Shown: positions 6,940-14,400 of the stretch, one piece after another
Layout of the letters: each line of letters begins with the position of its first letter
Numbering within the stretch: the stretch's first letter is position 1
Assembly: GCA_021811025.1 (NCBI GenBank)
Contig: JAJZPX010000001.1
Location: 1 to 26,991 of the forward strand
Length of the DNA: 26,991 bases
Direction of reading: 5' to 3'
Source: Actinomycetes bacterium
GTDB lineage: Bacteria; Actinomycetota; Coriobacteriia; Anaerosomatales; JAJZPX01
The notes under the pieces: model-generated
The model's database searches: none
Told to the model about the DNA's origin: nothing
What the model saw: only the letters and a program-made list of their open reading frames with translations
Translations under genes and position numbers: made by a program

Positions 6940-9121
6940 CGCCGCTCACCAACTCCCTCAGCAGCTCGCGGACTTCCCCCACGGAGTCCAGGCTGAACTT
7001 CGCTCTCGACGGTCCGATTCCGACCTTGATCGAGGTTGCCCAATCCGGCAGCACCGAGAACACGTCTTCGTCCGTTCGGTCGTCGCCGAGCGACAGCACG
7101 AAGTCCCAGCCGTCGCTCTCCAGCCACTTCAGAGCTCCGCGCCCCTTGTCGATGCTGCTGCTCTTGACCTCGATGACCTTGTTGCCCGGGAGCACCCCGA
7201 GGTTCTGGTTCGCCGTGAGGTGTGTGAGCGAGTCCTGCAGCTCGCGCGATCGAACCTGGGCTAGGGCCGGGTCCGTTCGCCGGTAGTGCCATGCGAGAGA
7301 GAAGTCCTTCTCCTCGACGAAGCTCCCGGGGGTGCGGTCGACGTACTGGTCGAGGATGGGCCGGATCTCGGCCTTCCACGCGTCGTCGAGCGACTCGGTC
7401 ATGCGCCACTCGCCTGCGCGCTCCCGCACCCACGCGCCGTGCTCGGCGATGAGCCCGATGTCGAGCTCGCCGAGCCAGCGCTCCAGCCGCCGCCGGTCGC
7501 GTCCGGAGACGATCACGACCTCGTTGGCTGCATCGCTCGCGATCTCGCGGAGCAGCGCGACCAGCTCGGGATCCGGGCGGAGCTTCTCGATCCGGGCCGA
7601 GAACGGCATCAGCGTGCCGTCGTAGTCGAGGAGCAGCAGCCGGCGGCGCGTCTGGCGGTAGTCCCACACGAGGAACTCGCGGGCGCGCGGCGTCAGCTTG
7701 CGCGCGTTGAGATGCCGTTGCACCCGCTTGATAGCACCGAGCTGATCGATGAAGTCCGACGCCCAGCGCTCGACGTCGTAGTCCTCGAGGCGCCGCTGCA
7801 TGAGCGCGAGGCGCTCCGTCTGCTCCTCGTCGGCCATCTCGAGGGCTTCCTCGATCGCGTCGGCCAGCTCCTCGCGGTTGTTGGGGTTGACCACGATCGC
7901 CTCACCCATCTCCATCGCCGCGCCCGCCATCTCGGACAGGATCAGGACTCCCTTATCCCCGCTCTTGGCAGCGACGAACTCCTTCGCGATGAGGTTCATC
8001 CCGTCGCGCAGCGGAGTGACCATCGCGATGTCGGCGGCGACGTACAGCGCGACGAGGTCCTTGAAGGGCAGCGACCGGTAGAGGTACCTCACCGGCGTCC
8101 AGTCCATCGTCGCGTGCTCCCCGTTGATCCGCCCGATCAGCTCGTCCACCTGCTGTTTCAGCTCGCGGTAGTGCTCGACGCGGGTGCGCGAGGGCACGGC
8201 GACGAGCAGCAGGTCCACGCGCTCGCGCTGCTCGGGGTGGCGGCGGAGGAAAAGGTCGAACGCCTCGAGACGCTGCACGATCCCCTTCGTGTAGTCGAGG
8301 CGGTCGACGGACAGGATGATCTTGCGCTCGCCCGACTTGCGGCGGATCCGGGTCGTCTCGCCCTGCACCTCGGCCGAGCGGGCGGAGTCCGCGAATCGGC
8401 GGAAGTCGATCCCCATCGGGAAGGCGTCCACCTTGACGACCCGGTCGATCGTGGTGATCTGCCCGAAGAGGTGCTCGTAGCCGGTGAGGCGAATCGCGGA
8501 GTCCAGGTAGTGACGCGCGTAGTCGTACGTGTGGAAGCCGATGAGGTCCGCGCCGAGCATCCCCGTCAGCAGCTCGCGGCGCCACGGCAGCATCCGGAAC
8601 ACCTCGAACGTCGGGAACGGGATGTGCAAGAAGAAGCCGATGCTGGCTTCGGGCAACCGATCGCGGACCATCCCCGGCACCAGCATCAGGTGGTAGTCGT
8701 GGACCCAGATCGTGTCGCCGGCCCGGGCCGCCGCAAGCACCGCCTCGGCGAAGCGCCGGTTCACCCGCACGTACGCCTGCCACGTCGAGGAGTCGAAGAC
8801 CGCGTACTGTGTGAACTGGTGGAACGTCGGCCACAGCGTCTTGTTCGCGAAGCCGTGGTAGTAGCCCCGCACGTCCGCGTCCGACAGGAAGACCGGATAC
8901 GCGGAGTACTCACCTTCGAGCTGTCGCGCGATCTCCGCGCGTTCCGTCGTGCCGGTCCGCTCGGGGACGTCGGCCCACCCGATCCACGCGGCGTCGTATT
9001 CCTTGTAGAACGAGGCGAGGCCGGTGGCGAGCCCTCCGACGCTTTGCGCGAAGGAGATTCCCTCTCGGCGGCGGTCGATCGTGACGGGCAGGCGGTTGGA
9101 CACGATGAGTAGTCTGCTCAC
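6932..9121 (-). CDS. otsAB: Bifunctional trehalose-6-phosphate synthase/phosphatase (OtsA-OtsB fusion, 729 aa)
   Basis: GTG at 9121 gives MSRLLIVSNRLPV. GT20 motifs GGLATGL, WVHDYHL, GFFLHIPFP, DRLDYTKGI and TPLRDGMNLIAKEF. HAD domain LLLDYDGTL, SGRDR, AEHGAW and LGDDRTDEDVF. Confidence 0.95.
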   Translation of the reverse strand: MSRLLIVSNRLPVTIDRRREGISFAQSVGGLATGLASFYKEYDAAWIGWADVPERTGTTERAEIARQLEGEYSAYPVFLSDADVRGYYHGFANKTLWPTFHQFTQYAVFDSSTWQAYVRVNRRFAEAVLAAARAGDTIWVHDYHLMLVPGMVRDRLPEASIGFFLHIPFPTFEVFRMLPWRRELLTGMLGADLIGFHTYDYARHYLDSAIRLTGYEHLFGQITTIDRVVKVDAFPMGIDFRRFADSARSAEVQGETTRIRRKSGERKIILSVDRLDYTKGIVQRLEAFDLFLRRHPEQRERVDLLLVAVPSRTRVEHYRELKQQVDELIGRINGEHATMDWTPVRYLYRSLPFKDLVALYVAADIAMVTPLRDGMNLIAKEFVAAKSGDKGVLILSEMAGAAMEMGEAIVVNPNNREELADAIEEALEMADEEQTERLALMQRRLEDYDVERWASDFIDQLGAIKRVQRHLNARKLTPRAREFLVWDYRQTRRRLLLLDYDGTLMPFSARIEKLRPDPELVALLREIASDAANEVVIVSGRDRRRLERWLGELDIGLIAEHGAWVRERAGEWRMTESLDDAWKAEIRPILDQYVDRTPGSFVEEKDFSLAWHYRRTDPALAQVRSRELQDSLTHLTANQNLGVLPGNKVIEVKSSSIDKGRGALKWLESDGWDFVLSLGDDRTDEDVFSVLPDWATSIKVGIGPSRAKFSLDSVGEVRELLRELVSGDA

Positions 9122-9261
9122 GTGAGCGAGCCCTGCCTTTCGGTCGTGCTTCCTAGATTCCCGAAGGCGTGGAGCCGGTAACCGGCGGGCGTGGGCGTGC
9201 TCCTCGTCCGGGGCGTCGAGGCGAAGATGCGCCTCCCGTGCGCGCGTCGGGCCGCCGCCTA

Positions 9262-9267
9262 TATAAT
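9262..9267 (+). promoter_or_regulatory. Consensus -10 (TATAAT) upstream of the 9321 lipoprotein gene
   Basis: A perfect TATAAT inside an AT-rich patch (TATATAATT) in the divergent intergenic region. It might also serve the minus strand. Confidence 0.55.
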
Positions 9268-9320
9268 TGCTGTCGAGGTGCTCGAGCGGGCCGGGTGACG
9301 GGATTGGGGAGAGGTCGGAC

Positions 9321-10205
9321 ATGGATCGACGCGCGATCGTCGTCGGGGGCGTGACTTGCGCGGTGCTGCTGTCCGCGATCGCGTGCTCCCCCCTCTCGCC
9401 GACGGTCGTGACCCACGACATCCGCGTGCCCCTCGCCGCCGAGCGCTTCGCGGACGTCGGCATCGCCGTGACGACCGCGGACGTGCGGCTTTCCGGCGCG
9501 GCGGCCGATCTCGTCGAAGGCTCCGCCACCTACCCGGCGTCGGACGGGAAGCCGGAGACGTCGACGTCATCCCGCGAGTCGACCGCGGGCGGCGTCGCGG
9601 CGTTCGCCGTCAGCCAGGGCCCGGTCTCGCCCGCGTCGGGCAAGCGCTTGATCGACCTCCGGTTGAACGGGGGCCTGCCGCTCGATCTGAACGTCACGAA
9701 CGGGAGCGGCAACTCCGATCTCGACCTGACTCTGGTCGACGTCCAGGAGCTGAAGGTCAACGCGGACAGCGGGAACGCCTCCGTCAAGCTGACCGGCCCG
9801 CACCCCAGCCTGTCGCACGCGTCGTTCGCCTTCGGCAGCGGCACCGCGTCCATCACGGCAAACGGCGAGTACCCGGCGCTCGAGGGCTTCGAAGTCGACT
9901 CCGGCAGCGGTGCCGTCTCGATCGATCTCTCCGGCACCTGGCGCAAGAGCTTCACGGCACGCGTTCGTGCGAAGTCGGGGAACGTGACGCTGACGCTCCC
10001 GAGGGGTGCGAACATCGCCGTTCGCGGCAGCGTGGCTTCGGGCAAAGTCGCCGAGCCCGGGTTCGCTCGTTCCCGGATGCCGACGGACCGCCCGGGCGCC
10101 GTGTTCCTTCGGCGAGCGGCGGACAACCCCTCGGACTTCACGCTCGGGATCGAGGTCGACCTCGGAAGCGGGACTCTGACGCTGAGGGTCCCGGAGAAGA
10201 CGTAG
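9321..10205 (+). CDS. Lipoprotein with repeated beta-strand (toast-rack/DUF4097-like) domain (294 aa)
   Basis: ATG 9321 after GGGGAGAGG. Signal peptide with lipobox LSAIAC. Repeated [ND]xGSG-x-[hydrophobic]-x-[hydrophobic] units (TNGSGNSDLDL, ADSGNASVKL, FGSGTASITA, DSGSGAVSIDL, AKSGNVTLTL, DLGSGTLTL). Confidence 0.75.
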   Translation: MDRRAIVVGGVTCAVLLSAIACSPLSPTVVTHDIRVPLAAERFADVGIAVTTADVRLSGAAADLVEGSATYPASDGKPETSTSSRESTAGGVAAFAVSQGPVSPASGKRLIDLRLNGGLPLDLNVTNGSGNSDLDLTLVDVQELKVNADSGNASVKLTGPHPSLSHASFAFGSGTASITANGEYPALEGFEVDSGSGAVSIDLSGTWRKSFTARVRAKSGNVTLTLPRGANIAVRGSVASGKVAEPGFARSRMPTDRPGAVFLRRAADNPSDFTLGIEVDLGSGTLTLRVPEKT

Positions 10206-10210
10206 CTCCT

Positions 10211-11947
10211 TCAGTCCCCGCCGGGCGCGGAGCCGTCGGCCTCCGGCGTGGTCTGGCGGGAGTCGCCGAGGCAATAGAGGTATCCGTCGCGGCACGCCAC
10301 GTACACGCGTCCCTTCCACACGATCGGCGTCGCCTCGAAGGGCCCCTGTGCCTCGAACGTCGCCACCTCGGTCACGCCGGTGAACCATCGCCCGCCGGTC
10401 CGGCTGCCGAGCCACACTCCTTGCGCGTTCTTCGGCCGCCTCGAGCGGAAGTCGATGCGATACAAGTGAACCTTCTTGTCGTACCCGGCGGCGATGATGT
10501 AGTCGTCCACGATGATCGGCGTGGATATCGAGCCGCCGATCTGCGCCTTGAACACCTGCTTCGGCGTCTGGTACCGCTCTCCGCGAGGCCCGGCGGCGGT
10601 CTTGCCCGACAGCTCGTCCTGCGAGACCACGTAGAGGAAGCCGTCGACTGAGTTGAACGCGGCGAGCGCAGGCCGCGTGCCGTCCCCGTCGTAGGTGTCG
10701 TTGATCGCGACGGAGCCGATGACGCCGCCGGCCCACTCGTCGATGCCGTTGTCCTCCGTCGGGAACCACCACACCACCGCGTCCTTCGGCGGCCTCGTCG
10801 CGTCGAGCATGAAGACCCCCCCGTGTGCGACGTACTGGCGCTCGGTGCCGATCAGCAGCTTCCCGTCCCTGCGTACGACCGGTGTGGAGTCGAAGTCGCA
10901 TCCCACCTTGAAGTCCCAGAGCACCGAGAGGTCGTTCGGAGAGAGCGCATAGACGTGACCGGACCCGGTGGCGACGTAGAGGCGCCCCGAGTCGTAGCTG
11001 GGAGACGACTCGATGCACAGGTTGCTCCCGCCCGGTTCGCCGCCGTGCGACTTCACGTCCGCGGGGTCCCAGAGCTCCCGCGAGCGCGCTGCCTCCTCAG
11101 GCCGCCGATACGCCCCCCAACGCGCGGTCCGCGACGGATCGAGCTTGTAGACGTAGCCCGGCTCGACCGCTTCGTACAGCGCTCCGTCGATCGACAGCCC
11201 GGACGCGTCCACGTCGCGGCTGTAGTTGGCCGTGCGCGGGACGGGCATGCGCCACAGCTCCTTGCCGTCGCCGAAGGCCACGGCGCGGTAGCTCGCGATT
11301 CCGGGATCGTCGAGCGCCTTGCCGAACCCGCGCCGCGAGCCCGCGGTGACGATGAAGCGGTCGTCGTCTCCGGTGGCGCCGGGATTCGGGAAGACGGTGT
11401 TGGTGGACTTGACGACGTCGTCGAAGGCGTACTCCCAGACGGTGCCGCCGGTCGCCGCGTCGTAGCGGCGCAGCTTGTGATCGTAGCCACCGATCAGTAG
11501 CGACAGCTCGCCCTGGTCGCGCACGAGAGTGGGCTGCCCGGTCCAGCCCGCACCCGACCAGATCACCGCCTTGCCGTCCTCCTTGCGGTTCGTCCAGCCC
11601 GATCCCATGCGTGCCTTCCAGATCAGCTCCAGCTTCTCCGGGACCGGCCCCTTGCCGTAGAAGCGCCGCTGCGCGTTCCCGAGGAACGTCCCGATCTTGA
11701 CGCCGTCGGCGGAATCGGGAGCAGCGGACGGCTGGGCGAGCGCGCGAGCGGGCGGGGGCGTCCGCTCGGCCGGCTGGAGCCGCTCGACGCCCCAGACGGC
11801 AGCGGAGACGAGCAGCGCCGCGGCCGCCAGAGTGCGCAGCAGGCGGAGGTTGCGGCGCAACCGGGCAAGCCGGCGAGCGCCGGGAGGCAAGGGGCGCTGG
11901 GGCGGCGGCCCCGGCGGATGGGGGGCTGTGGGGGACGGTTTCGGCAC
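10211..11947 (-). CDS. Membrane-anchored PQQ-like beta-propeller repeat protein (578 aa)
   Basis: Pro/Arg-rich N-terminus, one TM segment (LAAAALLVSAAVWGV), then WD-like propeller repeats (DAATGGTVWEY, KELWRMP, SSPSYDSGRLYVAT, LSVLWDFKV, STPIIVDDYII, ATPIVWKGRVYVACRDG). Start is GTG at 11947 or 11950; 11947 is favoured by promoter spacing. Confidence 0.8.
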   Translation of the reverse strand: MPKPSPTAPHPPGPPPQRPLPPGARRLARLRRNLRLLRTLAAAALLVSAAVWGVERLQPAERTPPPARALAQPSAAPDSADGVKIGTFLGNAQRRFYGKGPVPEKLELIWKARMGSGWTNRKEDGKAVIWSGAGWTGQPTLVRDQGELSLLIGGYDHKLRRYDAATGGTVWEYAFDDVVKSTNTVFPNPGATGDDDRFIVTAGSRRGFGKALDDPGIASYRAVAFGDGKELWRMPVPRTANYSRDVDASGLSIDGALYEAVEPGYVYKLDPSRTARWGAYRRPEEAARSRELWDPADVKSHGGEPGGSNLCIESSPSYDSGRLYVATGSGHVYALSPNDLSVLWDFKVGCDFDSTPVVRRDGKLLIGTERQYVAHGGVFMLDATRPPKDAVVWWFPTEDNGIDEWAGGVIGSVAINDTYDGDGTRPALAAFNSVDGFLYVVSQDELSGKTAAGPRGERYQTPKQVFKAQIGGSISTPIIVDDYIIAAGYDKKVHLYRIDFRSRRPKNAQGVWLGSRTGGRWFTGVTEVATFEAQGPFEATPIVWKGRVYVACRDGYLYCLGDSRQTTPEADGSAPGGD

Positions 11948-11953
11948 CACGCA

Positions 11954-11959
11954 AGGATA
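11954..11959 (-). promoter_or_regulatory. -10 element (TATCCT), probable leaderless promoter for the beta-propeller gene
   Basis: TAnnnT ends 6 nt before the GTG at 11947, with no SD. Confidence 0.45.
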
Positions 11960-12057
11960 GACGACTGCCCGGCGGATGTCTTCGCCGAGGCGCGCAGGAG
12001 GCGCCGCCCGAGTGGGTAGGTAGTTGGCCTCGACGAGGGTGGGAAGGGTGTCGCGGC

Positions 12058-12393
12058 ATGCAGCTCGTGTGGGTCGCGGCGGCGGGAGGAGCGCTTGCGT
12101 GGCTCTACCTTGCCGCGCTGGACGCGTTCCTGTTCGGACGAAACGCCCGCCGGATGCCGCTTCTGCTCGCCGTCGTCGGGTTCATCGAGATGACCGCGAT
12201 CGCCTTCGTGTTCGTCCGGCTGGTCGCCGCCGGCAGCCCAGACAGGCTCACGCTCGCGTTCGCCGGATTCGCGACCGCGTGCGCCGTGCTCGGACGCCGC
12301 GTTCCGCGAAGCGTCCGAACCCTCGGCCGAGGGGCCGCACCGGCGGGTCGCGAGGAGCCGCTACGACAGCAGCCGCTCGACCGCCTCGCGTAG
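12058..12393 (+). CDS. Small integral membrane protein (111 aa), loosely AtpI/AtpR-like
   Basis: Three hydrophobic segments and a purine-rich SD-like GGGAAGGG upstream. The 3' end overlaps the convergent REC gene by 33 nt. The family assignment is weak. Confidence 0.5.
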   Translation: MQLVWVAAAGGALAWLYLAALDAFLFGRNARRMPLLLAVVGFIEMTAIAFVFVRLVAAGSPDRLTLAFAGFATACAVLGRRVPRSVRTLGRGAAPAGREEPLRQQPLDRLA

Positions 12394-12723
12394 CTCGTGC
12401 GCCTCGAACGGCTTCGTGATGTAGTCTTCGGCGCCCTCCTGCCGGGCGCGCTCGACGTCCCGCCTCTGGGCGGCGGTAGTCAGCATGACGACGTGGCAGT
12501 CGGTGGTCTCCGGACGCTTGCGGAGGAAGCGCAGGACCTCGAACCCGTCCAGCTTCGGCATCGTCACGTCTAGCAGAATGAGGTCGGGGCGCTGCGCGAC
12601 CGCCTTCTCGAGCGTGTCCTCGCCGTCCTCCGCCTCGATGATCTCGTAGCCTCCGTTGCGCAACGCGACGTTCACGAGCAGTCGGATCTGCCGGTTGTCG
12701 TCCGCGATGAGGATCTTCTTCAT
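12361..12723 (-). CDS. Single-domain response regulator (CheY-like REC, 120 aa)
   Basis: MKKILIADDN, PDLILLDVTMPKLDG (phospho-Asp), MLT and YITKPF. Alternative GTG start at 12732. Confidence 0.93.
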   Translation of the reverse strand: MKKILIADDNRQIRLLVNVALRNGGYEIIEAEDGEDTLEKAVAQRPDLILLDVTMPKLDGFEVLRFLRKRPETTDCHVVMLTTAAQRRDVERARQEGAEDYITKPFEAHELREAVERLLS

Positions 12724-12804
12724 CGACGCCACCCGCTCTCGGTGTCCGCCGGACCAGAAGGTCCGACGCGCGCTCGCGGGCCAGCACTCGCCATCCCCTG
12801 TCAG

Positions 12805-12810
12805 ATTCTA
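12805..12810 (-). promoter_or_regulatory. Candidate -10 (TAGAAT) for the REC gene, overlapping the GNAT stop codon
   Basis: TAGAAT on the minus strand about 80 nt upstream of ATG 12723. No clear -35. Confidence 0.3.
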
Positions 12811-13284
12811 CCCTGCCGAGCGCTTTCCCTTCTTCCCGGCTTTCTCCAGGTACACGAGCTGCAGCCGGTCGGAGACGGGCTCGACGCGGAACGGGAGGTA
12901 GCCGAGCGAGCGGTAGATGTGCAGCGGCGCACCGCTGCGATGGCCGGTGAAGAGCTCGAACCGTTCCGCGTCCGCGAAGTACGTCTCTATCGCTCGCGCC
13001 AGCGCGGCGCCGATGCCTCGTCCCTGCATCTCCGGCAGGACGACGAGCCGCCCTACCTCGCACGTTCCCCTGAACAGCGCCGCACGGACGGACCCCACGA
13101 TCCGGCCCTCCTCGACGGCCTTCAGCACGATGTGCGTACGCATGTCGGCGAGGAGGTCGGCGAGCGTCTCTTCCAGCGGCGGCAGCGTCGGCACACCGTA
13201 CTCCTCGGCGACCGGGCGGAAGGCCGCGTGGACGACGGCCAGGATCTCCTCGGCGTCTGCGGCGGTGGCGGGCAGGATCTCCAT
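12808..13284 (-). CDS. GNAT family N-acetyltransferase (158 aa)
   Basis: MEILPATAADAEEI start, acetyl-CoA motif A (VGRLVVLPEMQGRGIGAAL) and FELFTG...YRSLGY. Confidence 0.9.
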   Translation of the reverse strand: MEILPATAADAEEILAVVHAAFRPVAEEYGVPTLPPLEETLADLLADMRTHIVLKAVEEGRIVGSVRAALFRGTCEVGRLVVLPEMQGRGIGAALARAIETYFADAERFELFTGHRSGAPLHIYRSLGYLPFRVEPVSDRLQLVYLEKAGKKGKRSAG

Positions 13285-13290
13285 GGACCG

Positions 13291-13296
13291 ATGATA
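13291..13296 (-). promoter_or_regulatory. -10 element (TATCAT), probable leaderless promoter for the GNAT gene
   Basis: TATCAT ends 6 nt before the ATG at 13284, with no SD. Confidence 0.5.
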
Positions 13297-13405
13297 GCGC
13301 GACTTCGCCGGGATCCGGCGCGAACGCGACGCGTTCAGGCGCTCCCGGCCGCATGACGGCACGTCCGTCGCTGTGGCACGGCTGCCGGGCAGGCCTTGGA
13401 GCGCC

Positions 13406-13411
13406 TATAAT
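13406..13411 (+). promoter_or_regulatory. Consensus -10 (TATAAT) for the trypsin-like gene
   Basis: Perfect TATAAT, with CTGCCG 18 nt upstream as a weak -35. A GGAG lies 11 nt before ATG 13445. Confidence 0.55.
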
Positions 13412-13444
13412 GGGCGCGACCCGATGACTGGAGACCACCGCAGC

Positions 13445-14353
13445 ATGCGCTTCCGGCACGCGCCGTTCCTCCTTCTGGCGTCCGCATCGCTGATGCTGGT
13501 CGCGGCCGCTCCCTCGACCGGCAGCCCCGTGCCGGCCGCACCGCCGGCGTCCTCCGTCGCGGCGTCGGCGACGGCGACTTCGCCCGCGGACGCGCGCGCC
13601 CTCGCCGAGCAGGCGATCGTCGCGATGACCTCCGGCGGCGAGCGCACCGGCTCGGCAGTCGTCGTCGCCCCCGGGCTCGTCGTGACCTCCGCGCACGTCA
13701 TGAAGCTCGACCGTGCGGGCACGACGCGGATCATGACGATGGACGGCGGGTTCGCGCAGTTCGAAAAGGTGGCCGAGGACAAGCGCCTCGGCCTCGTGCT
13801 GCTTCGCGCCGGGGGCCTTGAGGCGAGACCGGTGGTCTGGGGCAAGGGACGCGAGCTCGTCGCGGACCAGCCGGTGGTCGCGCTGGGCATCGGCTCTCAG
13901 GGCAGGAGCCGCGTGCTGGAGCAGAGGGGCATCATGAAGTCCCCGGCGGCCGCCACCGGGAACGACCTCATGATCACCGACATCCGCATTGACCCTCTCG
14001 TCGAAGGCGGCCCGCTCGTCGGCGATGACGGCCGCGTCGTCGGGATCGTGGTGGCGAAGAGCCAGGGCGACGTGACGGGCGGCGAGGTCGGCTGGGCGGT
14101 GCCCAGCGAGGCCGTGCGGGAGTTCGTCAAAGGTGTCCAGGCGAAGCAGGCCGCAGACGCGGCCCGCGCAGCGAGACGAACGATCCAGCGCGTCATAGCG
14201 TGGGGGATCCTGCTGGCCTTCGTCGGCATGATGGTCCTCGCAGGCAGGGCGTTCCGCCGCTGGTACAAGCGCATGGAGGCTCGTGAGGAGGCCGCGATGG
14301 CGGCCGAGGCGGCCGCGCGCGCCGCAGGGCACGGGACGGCCCCGGACGACTGA
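13445..14353 (+). CDS. Trypsin-like (S1/HtrA-fold) domain membrane protein, predicted catalytically inactive (302 aa)
   Basis: Signal peptide, Ala/Ser/Pro linker, GSAVVVAPGLVVTSAHV, EDKRLGLVLL, GEPVVAxG-like LVADQPVVALG and TDIRIDPLVEGGPLVGDDGRVVGI, then a C-terminal TM helix. Alternative start at 13424. Confidence 0.8.
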   Translation: MRFRHAPFLLLASASLMLVAAAPSTGSPVPAAPPASSVAASATATSPADARALAEQAIVAMTSGGERTGSAVVVAPGLVVTSAHVMKLDRAGTTRIMTMDGGFAQFEKVAEDKRLGLVLLRAGGLEARPVVWGKGRELVADQPVVALGIGSQGRSRVLEQRGIMKSPAAATGNDLMITDIRIDPLVEGGPLVGDDGRVVGIVVAKSQGDVTGGEVGWAVPSEAVREFVKGVQAKQAADAARAARRTIQRVIAWGILLAFVGMMVLAGRAFRRWYKRMEAREEAAMAAEAAARAAGHGTAPDD

Positions 14354-14400
14354 GGCGCCACCGTCGCGGTCGCGCTTCCCTTCGCGGTGCCGACCGCGCT

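Noticed and set aside
9174-9186. GCCGGT-A-ACCGGC palindrome as an operator in the trehalose promoter region
   Set aside because: It is short and GC-rich, so likely to occur by chance here, and matches no operator consensus I recognise.
9122-9529. N-terminal 136-aa extension of TPS-TPP in the ORF track
   Set aside because: Family similarity begins at SRLLIVSNRLP. The extension crosses the intergenic region and overlaps the divergent lipoprotein gene.
14365-14398. Terminator between the convergent pseudoprotease and mgtA genes
   Set aside because: Only an 8-bp all-GC-type stem with an 18-nt loop and no U-tract on either strand; too weak to call.
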